DNA of 63,179 nucleotides, the filler included. It is 4 parts of 4 records of this genome, joined end to end, with 100 filler letters (N's around TTAATTAATTAA, not from the genome) between each part and the next. Parts side by side here need not be neighbours in the genome. Positions count along the whole stretch, not along the records: positions 1 to 27,829 come from SRR20825010_5543; positions 27,930 to 45,186 come from SRR20825010_5545; 2 more parts are not named here. One strand, 5' to 3'. Position 1 is the first letter of the stretch. Each line of letters begins with the position of its first letter. Shown one piece after another: positions 19,818 to 29,757 of the stretch. Made by a program: the position numbers and the translations under genes. Below the pieces are notes generated by a model. That model saw only the letters and a program-made list of their open reading frames with translations, was not told the DNA's origin and did no database searches.

Positions 19818-20231
19818 TCAAATGGTAGCAATGCACTTGAGCTCAATGGCAATAGGAGTGGGAAGTGAGTTGATTTCTACCGTAGTACGGCAAGGTTGAT
19901 TTTCTTTAAAGTATTCCGCGTATATGCGGTTATATGTTTTGAAATCAGCTTTCATATTGGTGAGGAAAACGGTGACATCCACCAGCTGATCCCAACTACT
20001 TCCAGCATCTTCCAGAATGAGTTGTACATTTTTGAAAACCGAGTGACATTGCGCTTCAATATCATAAGAGCTAATATTGCCCTCTGTATCTAATTCAACA
20101 CCGGGTATTTTTTTTGTTCCTCGTTCTCTTGGCCCAACCCCAGAAAGGAATAGCAGGTTGCCTACTTTTCGGGCATGCGGATATAAACCTACAGGTTCTG
20201 GTGCTCTATTTGAATTTAACTTGTCACTCAT
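19818..20231 (-). CDS. RidA/YjgF family protein, 2-aminomuconate deaminase-like
   Basis: APEPVGLYPHARKVGNLLFLSG...PCRTTVEINSLPTPIAIELKCIA. Confidence 0.9.
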   Translation of the reverse strand: MSDKLNSNRAPEPVGLYPHARKVGNLLFLSGVGPRERGTKKIPGVELDTEGNISSYDIEAQCHSVFKNVQLILEDAGSSWDQLVDVTVFLTNMKADFKTYNRIYAEYFKENQPCRTTVEINSLPTPIAIELKCIATI

Positions 20232-20240
20232 GATATGTTC

Positions 20241-20510
20241 TTACTGCGGAACCCAAATTTGTTTTGCATTTATTTTCTCTAGTCTTGAAGGGATCGAAAT
20301 CCTTTCAGCTGATTTACAATAGAAAACAAAGCCTTTGTATGAGGTACTGTACTGATAATATTCTTTAAAGAATAACTTGCCTTGATGTTCAATGACTAAA
20401 CCATCCTCCATTTTCGAAAGCATGTGGCTGAAATCATTGGCTTCTATTTTAACAATAGCACCAGACGCTTTTATGGCTTGCTGAATGGCGGCTTGCGCTG
20501 CTGTACTCAT
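20241..20510 (-). CDS. Hypothetical protein
   Basis: 89-aa ORF in the operon, overlapping the GNAT stop. Confidence 0.7.
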   Translation of the reverse strand: MSTAAQAAIQQAIKASGAIVKIEANDFSHMLSKMEDGLVIEHQGKLFFKEYYQYSTSYKGFVFYCKSAERISIPSRLEKINAKQIWVPQ

Positions 20511-20947
20511 TTTAAATGCTTTACAAGTTCAATACGATAATTCTCAAGTTCGTCTTTTGGTTTCACATTAAAAATATCGAAGCCATTTTTAAGCGCAAAA
20601 GCCAACATCGCTTTGTGTCGGTTCAATGTTTTGAATCGGATTTTAGCATAACCTTTATTGAGGGCCCAAACTTCCATTTCATCTGCCAATGACTTCGCTG
20701 CGCCCAGCTTTCTATACTCTGGCAATACACCGCCTAACCAACTGTATAGAGAACCATCTTTGTTTTTGTGATAAGCGACTTTGCAGCCTATTACTTTACC
20801 ACCAATATTAGCCAATAATATGATATGGGCTTTGTCCTTGATTTTGCCTTCGTAGTAATCTGACTCCAATAGGGGATCAAATTCAGGAACACCCTTTAAG
20901 ACCTTTAAAGCCTCAGAAAGCGTTCCCTCTTGAATTTCTATTACCAT
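20507..20947 (-). CDS. GNAT N-acetyltransferase
   Basis: WLGGVLPEYRKLGAAKSL acetyl-CoA motif A. Confidence 0.9.
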   Translation of the reverse strand: MVIEIQEGTLSEALKVLKGVPEFDPLLESDYYEGKIKDKAHIILLANIGGKVIGCKVAYHKNKDGSLYSWLGGVLPEYRKLGAAKSLADEMEVWALNKGYAKIRFKTLNRHKAMLAFALKNGFDIFNVKPKDELENYRIELVKHLK

Positions 20948-20953
20948 TTGAAA

Positions 20954-22243
20954 TTAAGCATTCATGATACTTTCAATTTCATCTGCTTCAATTGGGATAT
21001 TGCGCATTAGGTTGAATGTGCCATCCTTAGTAATCACTTCATCATCTTCCAATCGGATACCAAGACCTTCTTCTGGAATGTAAATCCCGGGCTCAACAGT
21101 GAAAACCATACCTTCTTTAAACTCAGTGTAAATACTGGCCACATCATGAACATCTAATCCAATATGGTGAGATGTACCATGCATAAAGTACTTTTTATAC
21201 GCTGGCCATTCTGGATTTTCGTTGGCTACATCTGTCTTATCAATCAAGCCTAAACCAATCAACTCGCTTGACATGATTTTGCCTACTTCTTTATGGTACT
21301 CAGGAATTCTATTCCCAGGAGTTAACATCGCAGTGGCTTCTTTTTTCACTCTTAATACTGCATCGTAAACTTCACGTTGTCTTTTCGTAAATCTGCCGTT
21401 TACTGGAATTGAACGGGTCATGTCTGCATTGTAGTTAGCGTATTCGGCTCCAACATCCAATAACATTACATCACCATCTTTCAGCTGATCTTTGTTTTCA
21501 ATATAATGGAGCACGCAAGCATTGGCGCCACCACCAAGAATAGGAGTGTAAGCAAATCCTTTTGATCTATTCTTCGCAAACTCATATAGAAATTCAGCTT
21601 CAATTTCATATTCCCAAACGCCAGGCTTGGTTAGCCCGAGTACTTTTCTGAATGCCTTTTCGGTAATGTTGCAGGCAGTTTGCATGAGTTCTATTTCCCG
21701 CCTCTCTTTTATGTTTCTTAAATCGTATATGATCGGAGCAAGTCTTTCGTACTCATAATTTGGGTAGGTGGCATGACACCATTTGGTGAACCTGTCGGTG
21801 CGGGTTTCCACATCCGTTGCGTTTCTGATGTGCTCGTTCTGATAGAGGTAGATATTCTCTATTTCGGCCAGCATGGTATTGAAGGTGGTTTCAAACTTAT
21901 CAACCCAAATTACCGTCTGAATTCCTGAAGTTTCTGTAGCTTCCTCCTGCGTGTATTTGTGTCCTTCCCAAACGGCAATGTGCTCATTGGTCTCACGTAC
22001 AAAAAGTACTTCTCTGAGTTTTGGGTCTGGAAAATCGGGTGCAATCACCAAAACGGACTCTTCCTGATCGATCCCAGAAAGGTATAGCATGTTGCTGTTT
22101 TGTCGAAATGGCATGGTGCCATCGGCATTGGTAGGCATTACATCGTTAGAACAAACTACAACAACTGAGTTTGGCTTTAAACGGGCTTTTAGTTTTTCCC
22201 TGTTCTTAATGAACAAATCTTTTCCTATGGCTTCGTATCTCAT
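20954..22243 (-). CDS. pepP: Xaa-Pro aminopeptidase (M24B)
   Basis: LLDVGAEY..DMTRS, HGTSHHIGLDVHD, TVEPGIY, GIRLEDD; ATG at 22243 (MRYEAIG) preferred. Confidence 0.92.
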   Translation of the reverse strand: MRYEAIGKDLFIKNREKLKARLKPNSVVVVCSNDVMPTNADGTMPFRQNSNMLYLSGIDQEESVLVIAPDFPDPKLREVLFVRETNEHIAVWEGHKYTQEEATETSGIQTVIWVDKFETTFNTMLAEIENIYLYQNEHIRNATDVETRTDRFTKWCHATYPNYEYERLAPIIYDLRNIKERREIELMQTACNITEKAFRKVLGLTKPGVWEYEIEAEFLYEFAKNRSKGFAYTPILGGGANACVLHYIENKDQLKDGDVMLLDVGAEYANYNADMTRSIPVNGRFTKRQREVYDAVLRVKKEATAMLTPGNRIPEYHKEVGKIMSSELIGLGLIDKTDVANENPEWPAYKKYFMHGTSHHIGLDVHDVASIYTEFKEGMVFTVEPGIYIPEEGLGIRLEDDEVITKDGTFNLMRNIPIEADEIESIMNA

Positions 22244-22367
22244 AATCTGTGTTTTTATGAATTCGAACGAAATAACTACGAAAAAGGGAGAAAAGGAAGG
22301 AAAGGACATTAAGTCTTGAAGATGATTTTTTATATGAGTCTTCTATTTCTTCTTTATGTTTTTGCCT

Positions 22368-22395
22368 TACCTTTGTGTGGAATTAGTCTAAATAA
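22368..22395 (+). promoter_or_regulatory. -7 element plus Fur-like box upstream of the LuxR gene
   Basis: TACCTTTG followed by GAATTAGTCTAAATAA, nearly identical to the site at 23102-23134. Confidence 0.6.
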
Positions 22396-22405
22396 GAATA
22401 GTTAA

Positions 22406-23038
22406 TTGAGTCGCTCCCCACTTTACATCCATTTTCCGCAGTATCTACTTAGGCAAGGCTTAGCGACTTTGGCCAATGGGAGTGGTCATTTCGATAGTAT
22501 TAAGGAGTTTGAACATATTGAAGAACTGAAAGCCTCTGTTGGAAGTCATGCTGGTGAAACGATTGTTCTAGATTATATTCATGGAGACGGGGACTTTGTT
22601 AACGAGATCAGCCGTTGGCTTCGGGTTTATCCAAACCTTAATATTCTAGTAATTACTGATGACTTGGACAGCGTCAGAATCAGGAAGGTTTTGAAAATGG
22701 GAGTGAAGGGATTTTTAACGAAGTCGTGTAGCAAAGGCGAAATCCTAGAAACCATCCGCTCAATTAAAGTTGGGGAGACATTTTTTTGTAACAGAGTATT
22801 GAAGGCGCTTGTAGAAGAGGGCAATGAATACTTTGAGCTTTCTGAAAGAGAAAAGGAAGTGGTGAGGTCAATAGCCTCTGGGAACTCATCATCTGAAATT
22901 GCGGATAACTTGAATATTAGTATCCATACGGTGAATTCTCACCGCAAAAACATTCTGAAAAAGCTTAAACTCAAGTCCCCCACAGAGCTGATTATTTTTG
23001 CCGCTGAGCAAGGTTGGGTCAGCTTAGAGAGAAAGTAA
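22406..23038 (+). CDS. NarL/LuxR family response regulator (divergent receiver domain)
   Basis: IVLDY, GFLTKS, and LSEREKEVV...IADNLNISIHTVNSHRKNILKKL HTH. Confidence 0.9.
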   Translation: MSRSPLYIHFPQYLLRQGLATLANGSGHFDSIKEFEHIEELKASVGSHAGETIVLDYIHGDGDFVNEISRWLRVYPNLNILVITDDLDSVRIRKVLKMGVKGFLTKSCSKGEILETIRSIKVGETFFCNRVLKALVEEGNEYFELSEREKEVVRSIASGNSSSEIADNLNISIHTVNSHRKNILKKLKLKSPTELIIFAAEQGWVSLERK

Positions 23039-23079
23039 ATCACTAGTCCTAGTGATTATTTTCCCTAGCATTAGCGATT
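23038..23079 (+). promoter_or_regulatory. Tandem palindromic sites, candidate LuxR/NarL operators
   Basis: AATCACTAG-TC-CTAGTGATT (23038-23057) and a degenerate copy 22 bp downstream. Confidence 0.55.
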
Positions 23080-23101
23080 GTTCCTCACCTTAAAAGCCAG
23101 C

Positions 23102-23134
23102 TACCTTTGTGTTATTAAGAATTAATCTAAATAA
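23102..23134 (+). promoter_or_regulatory. -7 element plus Fur-like box upstream of the TonB-dependent receptor
   Basis: TACCTTTG, then near-palindrome TTATTAAGAATTAATCTAAATAA (23112-23134). Confidence 0.7.
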
Positions 23135-23139
23135 TACTT

Positions 23140-25413
23140 GTGCGTACCACGTTTTCCTTCATATTAATCCTCTTCAGCCAAATCGCTTTTGGCCAAAAAG
23201 TTACCTTAATAGATGATAGCTCAGGTGTACCAATAGAAGGTGTTATTTTCATTTTTCAGCCAGTTAATGGCGGGTATAGTGGCAATGTCGTCTCTAATAA
23301 TAATGGGCTTATTGACCTAAAGGCCATTGATTTTCCTATTATTTTCCGTGTACAACATGTCGCATATCAGTCGATTTCCGATACGCTTAAAGTAGCGAAA
23401 GACTATGCGATTCGATTAGCGCCCAAGAACACCCAACTGAACGATTTTATTGTGACTGGACAATTTAATCCGCAATCCGCAGAGCAATCTGTTTTCACTG
23501 TAAAAGTGATTGGGCAAGAAGAGATAAAAGCACGTGGTTCTATTAATCTATCTGAAGCGCTTTCCAGCACTTTGAACATTCGCTCTTCGCAGGATTTGGC
23601 CATCGGAAGCTCAGGAATTAGTATGCAAGGCATTTCTGGTCAGAACGTGAAAATTCTCTTAGATGGAGTTCCACTGGTCAACCGGAATGGAAATGGAAAT
23701 GCAGCCGACCTTTCTCAAATCAACCTGAATAATATTCAAAGGATTGAGATTGTAGAAGGACCTATGGCAGTGAATTATGGCGCGAATGCTTTGGCTGGAG
23801 TAATCAACCTTATTTCCTATAAAGACGCTGAAAACACCACTGAAATATCGGTGGGCTTGCAGGAGGAGACAGTAGGTTCTGAATTTGGTCAAGGAGAAGG
23901 GAAACACATTCAAAGCATAGATGTAAAACAGCAGATAGCCAGCCAATGGTTTGGACAAATTGGTGTACTACACAATGACTTCATGGGTTTTCAAGGAAAT
24001 CAGACGGGTAGGCCTAAGGAATGGAACCCTAAGGAGCAATATCAGGCGAATGCTCTTATTCGATTTAGCCCAAAAAATCACTCCATTTATTACAGATTAG
24101 ATTACTTAGACGAGACGATTAATGATCTCGGAAAATCGAATAATAATTATTTACCCTCGGGAGAAAATCAGCCTTTCGCTATTGATGAACAGTATTTAAC
24201 TCAGCGTGCTATTCATCATATTCAAGCGGAAGGTAAACTCCCTTTTCTGAGCCGTTACAATGCTTTTGCCTCATATTCTGACTTTGAAAGGCTCAAGAGA
24301 AAGATGTCTAAAAACCTGGTTACTGGTGAAGAACAATTAACCACTGCCGATGGCGACCAAGATGTGAGCACTTATAAGGTGTGGGAGTTTGGCGGTACTG
24401 GATACTTTGCATTTTCTGATGTACTCGACCTGCAAACTGGCTATAATTTAAGTTTTGAAAAAGTAGGTGGTGGAAGAATTCAAGAGGGTGAACAAGAGAT
24501 CAATGATATAGCCTTTTATGGTTCCTTGGAGTGGAAAACCAGTGACAATATTCTTGTCCGTCCAGGGCTGCGTTTGGCTACAAATAGTGCCTTCGGAACG
24601 CAGCTAATCCCTTCGGTACAAATCAAAAAATCTTTCGATGGAAATGCAGATTTAAGGCTCTCTTACGGAAGGGGTTATCGTGCCCCTTCAGTACGGGAAC
24701 TCTACTTTGAGTTTGTTGATTCGAACCATAGAATTTTCGGAAATGAGAATCTTAATCCAGAGTTTTCGCATCACTTCAGTTCCAACTTCACTAAATCTTA
24801 CGAGGTGGGAAATGCTAAGTCTGAGGCTGGAATTAATCTATTCTATAATACAATTGACGACCAGATTGGAATCGCACAATCGGCTGCTGATGCTACGGCT
24901 ACCACTTATGTGAACATAGACAAATACAAAACTTTGGGGCTTGGATTGAACCAGAAGATGAAATGGAATAGGTTCTCTGTCAACCTAGGGGTCTCTTACA
25001 TAGGTCGATACAACAGACTGGATGAAGAACAAGAAGATGTGCTCAATACTTTTTTTTATACCCCAGAAATCAACTCTGACCTAAGGTATGATTGGACGAA
25101 AATAGCAACGAAAATTAGTGTTTTCTACAAATACACAGGAGCATTAAGAAACTACATTTTCTCAGAAAATTCAGCTGGCGAACAAGAAGTAAACATCGGT
25201 GAAGTGGAGGGATATCACTGGTTGGATTTAACCTTGTCCAGAACCTTTTTCACCCATTTCGACATGGTCCTCGGGGCAAGAAACCTTCTAGATATTCAAA
25301 GAATCAATAATTCAGGAGTTTCGGGCGGAACACACTCTGGTGGTGCTTCTGTGCCTGTTTCTTACGGAAGAAGCTATTTTATAAGATTAAACTATAACCT
25401 AAAATTAAAATGA
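23140..25413 (+). CDS. TonB-dependent receptor, HmuR-like haem receptor
   Basis: IVTGQ TonB-box region, KILLDGVP...IQRIEIVEGP..YGANALAGVIN plug, YRAPSVRELY and GNENLNPE; directly upstream of hmuY. Confidence 0.9.
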   Translation: MRTTFSFILILFSQIAFGQKVTLIDDSSGVPIEGVIFIFQPVNGGYSGNVVSNNNGLIDLKAIDFPIIFRVQHVAYQSISDTLKVAKDYAIRLAPKNTQLNDFIVTGQFNPQSAEQSVFTVKVIGQEEIKARGSINLSEALSSTLNIRSSQDLAIGSSGISMQGISGQNVKILLDGVPLVNRNGNGNAADLSQINLNNIQRIEIVEGPMAVNYGANALAGVINLISYKDAENTTEISVGLQEETVGSEFGQGEGKHIQSIDVKQQIASQWFGQIGVLHNDFMGFQGNQTGRPKEWNPKEQYQANALIRFSPKNHSIYYRLDYLDETINDLGKSNNNYLPSGENQPFAIDEQYLTQRAIHHIQAEGKLPFLSRYNAFASYSDFERLKRKMSKNLVTGEEQLTTADGDQDVSTYKVWEFGGTGYFAFSDVLDLQTGYNLSFEKVGGGRIQEGEQEINDIAFYGSLEWKTSDNILVRPGLRLATNSAFGTQLIPSVQIKKSFDGNADLRLSYGRGYRAPSVRELYFEFVDSNHRIFGNENLNPEFSHHFSSNFTKSYEVGNAKSEAGINLFYNTIDDQIGIAQSAADATATTYVNIDKYKTLGLGLNQKMKWNRFSVNLGVSYIGRYNRLDEEQEDVLNTFFYTPEINSDLRYDWTKIATKISVFYKYTGALRNYIFSENSAGEQEVNIGEVEGYHWLDLTLSRTFFTHFDMVLGARNLLDIQRINNSGVSGGTHSGGASVPVSYGRSYFIRLNYNLKLK

Positions 25414-26501
25414 TGAACAGTAAATACACATTGAAGTTAATTCTTGCTGTAGTAGCGATTGGCTTCTTAAATGCTTGTGATGGGGAAGACGATCAACCTA
25501 AAGTTGACCCAGCGGTTTCAAGCGCAATTATAGATGCAGAGGTAGGGGGGGCAGACCAGCCAAACCAAGTTTTCATTGATTTTTCTTCTAAAAATCAAAC
25601 AGTTGTGAATCGTGCTTCTTGGGACTTAGGGTTCTATACAGGTAGTGAGTTCAGGGTGATTTTGAATAACCCTGCGAGCATGCTTACTCAATCCATCGAT
25701 AAGAATGATTTGGCCCAAGTAACCGCGGAAGATACCATAGGAATGGGAGCGCAAATGGATATTGATGCCATCTTCGGTTCATTGTTTGGAGCACCAGCGG
25801 AATGGTTACCTCTAGCCCAAACTTGGATTGACCAGCCAGATGGATCTTTGGAAGGAACTGCCATTGCAGAAGTGTCTGCTACAGCCGACCAAAACAAAGT
25901 CTACATTATCAATCGAGGTAAAAATGCTGATGGAACAGCCAGAGGCTGGATGAAAGCCCGTTTCTTAAGAGAGGGCAGTGGATACAAAATGCAATACGCG
26001 GAAATCAATGCTACTACTTTCAGTGAATTGCAGATCAGCAAAGACAATGATTATAACTTCAGTTACGTCAGCTTCAATCAGGGCTTAGTGAATGTAGAAC
26101 CAGAGAAGTCCAAATGGGATATTTGCTTTACCGTCTTCACTAATCTATTGCCAATTGATGCTACTTCCAAAATACCTTATGCCTATAAAGATTTTGTGAT
26201 CCAAAACAGAGCTAATGTGGAAATAGCTGAAGTGGCTGCGGCAGACTTTGCTTATGAAGATTTTACTTATACCAACTCAACTGATTTGAGCTACTCTTCA
26301 GAATTGGCCACAATAGGAAGCAATTGGCGAATTGTAGCCCAGCCTGGCTCTGACCAAGAAACAGGGGTAAACCCAGACCATTTCTATGTAGTGAAGGACA
26401 GTGATAACAACTATTACAAACTGAAATTCACAAGGATGCTAGATCCAATTTCTGGAGAAAGAGGTTATCCACAAATTCAGTACGATTTGCTGATTCAGTA
26501 A
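25410..26501 (+). CDS. hmuY: HmuY family haem-binding lipoprotein (long form)
   Basis: FLNAC lipobox, SWDLGF, KWDICFT, IGSNWR, YYKLKF...GERGYP. Confidence 0.85.
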   Translation: MMNSKYTLKLILAVVAIGFLNACDGEDDQPKVDPAVSSAIIDAEVGGADQPNQVFIDFSSKNQTVVNRASWDLGFYTGSEFRVILNNPASMLTQSIDKNDLAQVTAEDTIGMGAQMDIDAIFGSLFGAPAEWLPLAQTWIDQPDGSLEGTAIAEVSATADQNKVYIINRGKNADGTARGWMKARFLREGSGYKMQYAEINATTFSELQISKDNDYNFSYVSFNQGLVNVEPEKSKWDICFTVFTNLLPIDATSKIPYAYKDFVIQNRANVEIAEVAAADFAYEDFTYTNSTDLSYSSELATIGSNWRIVAQPGSDQETGVNPDHFYVVKDSDNNYYKLKFTRMLDPISGERGYPQIQYDLLIQ

Positions 26502-26568
26502 GTGTAAGGTTAAAGGTCGAGAACTCAAATTAATAAGTATTAAAAACACTTTCAAAATATATTTCAAA

Positions 26569-27480
26569 ATGAAGAATATACTGATTTATCTCATGCTAGT
26601 GACTTCGACATTGGTTGTGGCACAAAGTAAAAAGAAGCAAGATCAACAAGCGATCAAAGAAATGTGTGGTTGTTATGAAATCACTTTCAATTTTGCCGAA
26701 ACATTTGACTATCAAAGAGATTACCAATTCCATGATAACTACAGAACCAAAGGGTTTGAGTGGGCCCAATTGATAAAAGATGAGAAGGAAGAAATCTCAA
26801 TTCAACATTTGTTAATCGTTGGGGGAGGTCAAATTGTGAAACATTGGAGGCAGGATTGGCTTTACGAAAACACAGCACTTTACAGTTATGTGAAGGACAA
26901 TAGCTGGGAGCTTCACACCTTACCAAAATCGGAAGTAAAAGGCCAATGGTCACAGAAAGTTTATCATGTGGATGACAGTCCACGTTATGAGAGTTCAGGT
27001 TCATGGGTACATGTAGATGGAAAGCATTATTGGGAAGGCGCTTCTGATTCCCCCTTACCAAGAAGGGAGTATTCAAAGCGTAGCGACTACAATGTGATGC
27101 TTCGAACCAATAGACATGAACTCACTGATTTTGGATGGATTCATGAGCAAGACAATGGAAAGGTAAATCGTACCGAAAAAGGAGATGAACTTTTAGCCGA
27201 AGAAAAAGGCATGAATGTCTACACTAAAGTAGATGACAGTAAATGTGTAGCAGCACAAGAGTGGTGGAAGAAAAATGAGCAATACTGGGCAGATGTGAGG
27301 TTGGTTTGGGATGAAGTATATGGAGCGAATCCTGATTTTAGCTATGCTGAAAGCCTGAATGATAAAATGCTTTACGAAGTACTTTTTGCTTTAGGCGATG
27401 AAATGGCTACTGCCGACAATTACAATAGCATGGAAGTTCAAACTAAAGTGTCAGAGATTATTAAATCATACATGGATTAG
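26569..27480 (+). CDS. DUF6607-like secreted protein of hmu loci
   Basis: AIKEMCGCYEITFNFAETF, IVKHWRQDW, PLPRREYSKRSDY. Confidence 0.75.
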   Translation: MKNILIYLMLVTSTLVVAQSKKKQDQQAIKEMCGCYEITFNFAETFDYQRDYQFHDNYRTKGFEWAQLIKDEKEEISIQHLLIVGGGQIVKHWRQDWLYENTALYSYVKDNSWELHTLPKSEVKGQWSQKVYHVDDSPRYESSGSWVHVDGKHYWEGASDSPLPRREYSKRSDYNVMLRTNRHELTDFGWIHEQDNGKVNRTEKGDELLAEEKGMNVYTKVDDSKCVAAQEWWKKNEQYWADVRLVWDEVYGANPDFSYAESLNDKMLYEVLFALGDEMATADNYNSMEVQTKVSEIIKSYMD

Positions 27481-27538
27481 ATTGTAGGAGCTGGGTGAAA
27501 GTCCGTCAAGGGAGTTTTGCGCCAAATGGTTTTACTGG

Positions 27539-27569
27539 AAAGAGCACTTTGGAAGAGGTGCTCTTTTTT
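27539..27569 (+). terminator. Intrinsic terminator of the hmu operon
   Basis: AAAGAGCACTTT ... AGAGGTGCTCTTT hairpin followed by a T-run. Confidence 0.8.
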
Positions 27570-27584
27570 ATGACTAGTCTCTAT

Positions 27585-27624
27585 AAAAAAAAAACACGTA
27601 CCGAAATGAGGGTATCGGTACGTG
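27585..27624 (-). terminator. Intrinsic terminator of the convergent gene
   Basis: CACGTACCGA-N10-TCGGTACGTG with a 10-nt A-run on the left (U-run on minus). Confidence 0.85.
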
Positions 27625-27661
27625 AATAACTACAAACTAATTTCAATCTATGATTGATGTT

Positions 27662-27829
27662 TTATTGGATGGTTACATTAAATGTAACGCTAATATCAGT
27701 TTCTCCTCCAGCATTAGTTGGATCTCCACCACTAACACCAGAAGCATCTTTGTCTGGTTCGTGAATAAGCAGCACTTGTAAAGTTCCAGTACCTGCAGCA
27801 CCAAGTAAAACAGAGCCCGACAAACCAAT
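27662..27829 (-). CDS. C-terminus of a conserved Bacteroidota protein (partial; family often labelled type 1 periplasmic binding fold)
   Basis: IGLSGSVLLGAAGTGTLQVLLIHEPDKDASGVSGGDPTNAGGETDISVTFNVTIQ*; truncated at the contig end. Confidence 0.7.
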   Translation of the reverse strand: MGLSGSVLLGAAGTGTLQVLLIHEPDKDASGVSGGDPTNAGGETDISVTFNVTIQ

Positions 27830-27929
27830 NNNNNNNNNNNNNNNNNNNNNNNNNNNNNNNNNNNNNNNNNNNNTTAATTAATTAANNNNNNNNNNNNNNN
27901 NNNNNNNNNNNNNNNNNNNNNNNNNNNNN
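27830..27929. other. Artificial contig linker
   Basis: 44 N + TTAATTAATTAA (stops in all six frames) + 44 N. Confidence 0.98.
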
Positions 27930-27958
27930 GCGCTCTAAACCAACTGAGCTAATACCCC
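27930..27958 (-). tRNA. tRNA 5' half, isotype undeterminable (truncated by the contig edge)
   Basis: Minus strand GGGGTATTAGCTCAGTTGGTTTAGAGCGC = acceptor 5' strand plus D-arm; TAATTTTG -7 element at 27989-27996. Confidence 0.85.
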
Positions 27959-28191
27959 ATTATCTGTAACAACAGAAAAATAGTCCGCCAAAATTACACC
28001 AATTTTAAGAGTTTGAAACTACCTTGGAGAATTTTTTTCAATAAATTGACTCCTGCGGATTCAAAATCGATTTCTCAAACTTTAAAGCAAAAACAGTATA
28101 CCTTCACAGCAGATTTATGTTTCTACAGCAACTTGAGAAATAAAATTAAACCCTAATAGGTTGGAATGAAATCCATTACCCCCAAGCCTTT

Positions 28192-29661
28192 CTATTTCGA
28201 TTTCCCAAACTTAAACACCTCCGAAGGCGTCCTTGCCCTGTCCAAAATGTCTTCCATTTCAGCAACCACCTCTGGAAAATCGGCCGCCAAATTATTCTCC
28301 TCACCAGTATCCTTGGACAAATCATACAATTCTATCTTGGCATCCGGGTTCTTTAGAACATCATACTTTACCGCCTTCCAATCTCCCATTCTAACAGCTT
28401 GTCTACCCCCTTTTTCATGAAACTCCCAATACAAATACTCGTGTTCTTTCTGTTCATTCGACTTACCCAGCAAAGTGGGTAGTAAGGAAATTCCGTCCAA
28501 ACCTGGAGTTTCCTTTATCCCCGCTATTTCTGCCAAAGTAGGAAAGACATCCCAAAATGCCGAAACATGGCCCGCAACACTTCCCGGCTTAATCTTGTTG
28601 GGCCATTTAACCATCATTGGGACACGGATCCCCCCTTCGTACAAATCTCTTTTATAGCCCTTTAAAAAACCATTGCTATCAAAATAATCGGGATCTGCCC
28701 CACCCTCTAAATGCGGACCATTGTCTGAGGTAAAGATTATAATTGTATTATCCGCTATTCCCAAATCGTTGACCTTCCTAACAATTTCACCCACTTGTTC
28801 ATCCAGGATACTCACCATGGCCGCAAAGGCCGCATGGCTTTCTGTTTGGGAACCATACCCCCCTATTTTATACTTTGGGCCATCATCTATTCCCTCATAT
28901 ACCTTTTCTGGTAAATATTTACCTCTAAATCTGTTCATCACCTCCTCCGGGGCCACCAACTCTGCATGTGGAATAATAGACGGCACATAGGCAAAAAATG
29001 GCCTGTCCTTATTCTCCTCAATAAACTGTAATGCCTTATCATGGATAAGATTAGGAGCATAAATACCTTTTTTCGTGCCAGCATTCTCCGGTAGCACTAT
29101 GGAGTCTTGATTGGACCACAAATGATAGGGGTAATAATTATGCCCTATCGTCTGACAATTGTACCCAAAAAAGGTATCAAATCCCTGGTTATTGGGATCA
29201 CCTTCCGACCCTGGATATCCCAACCCCCATTTACCAAAAGCACCGGTACTATAACCAGCTTTCTTTAAAACTTCCGCAATGGTAAGGGTACTATCGGGAA
29301 TAGGAAATTGCCCTTCCGGTTTAATTCCATAATTCCCTCTAACTACCGTATGTCCGGTATGCATACCCGTCATAAGCGCCGATCTGGAGGGGGCACAAAC
29401 AGTACTTCCGGAATAATGCTGGGTAAAAAGCATACCCTCGGCCGCCAACTTGTCTATATTGGGTGTTTTAATCTTTTCTTGTCCATACACCCCTAGATCC
29501 CCATACCCCAAATCATCGGCAAGGATATAAATAATATTTGGTGGGCCAATTGTTTTTGATACTTCCGCAGAACCTAAATTGGAGGGGCTCTTTTCCATTT
29601 TACATGAAGTGAACCCAAAGGCAGCAATAATCATTAACCCAGAAACAACTTTAAAATCCAT
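28192..29661 (-). CDS. Arylsulfatase (S1 formylglycine-dependent), lipoprotein
   Basis: PNIIYILADDLGYGD, CAPSRSALMTG, FGKWGL, SDNG, YEGGIRVP; FTSC lipobox. Confidence 0.95.
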   Translation of the reverse strand: MDFKVVSGLMIIAAFGFTSCKMEKSPSNLGSAEVSKTIGPPNIIYILADDLGYGDLGVYGQEKIKTPNIDKLAAEGMLFTQHYSGSTVCAPSRSALMTGMHTGHTVVRGNYGIKPEGQFPIPDSTLTIAEVLKKAGYSTGAFGKWGLGYPGSEGDPNNQGFDTFFGYNCQTIGHNYYPYHLWSNQDSIVLPENAGTKKGIYAPNLIHDKALQFIEENKDRPFFAYVPSIIPHAELVAPEEVMNRFRGKYLPEKVYEGIDDGPKYKIGGYGSQTESHAAFAAMVSILDEQVGEIVRKVNDLGIADNTIIIFTSDNGPHLEGGADPDYFDSNGFLKGYKRDLYEGGIRVPMMVKWPNKIKPGSVAGHVSAFWDVFPTLAEIAGIKETPGLDGISLLPTLLGKSNEQKEHEYLYWEFHEKGGRQAVRMGDWKAVKYDVLKNPDAKIELYDLSKDTGEENNLAADFPEVVAEMEDILDRARTPSEVFKFGKSK

Positions 29662-29757
29662 GACCTTTTCTATTTATTTCAAACATACGCAGAATTATAA
29701 ATAGTAGCGTGTTGAAAATATCAAAACCTATTTATAAAATCTTCAATAGCATTATCA

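Noticed and set aside
27484-27520. GGGTGAAAGTCC resembling a group II intron or FMN riboswitch fragment
   Set aside because: Only a short GAAA tetraloop hairpin in a 3' UTR; no other conserved elements
27874-27885. TTAATTAATTAA repeated three times (also 45231-45242 and 59910-59921) as a biological repeat or att site
   Set aside because: Always centred in 44+44 N; it is a six-frame-stop assembly spacer
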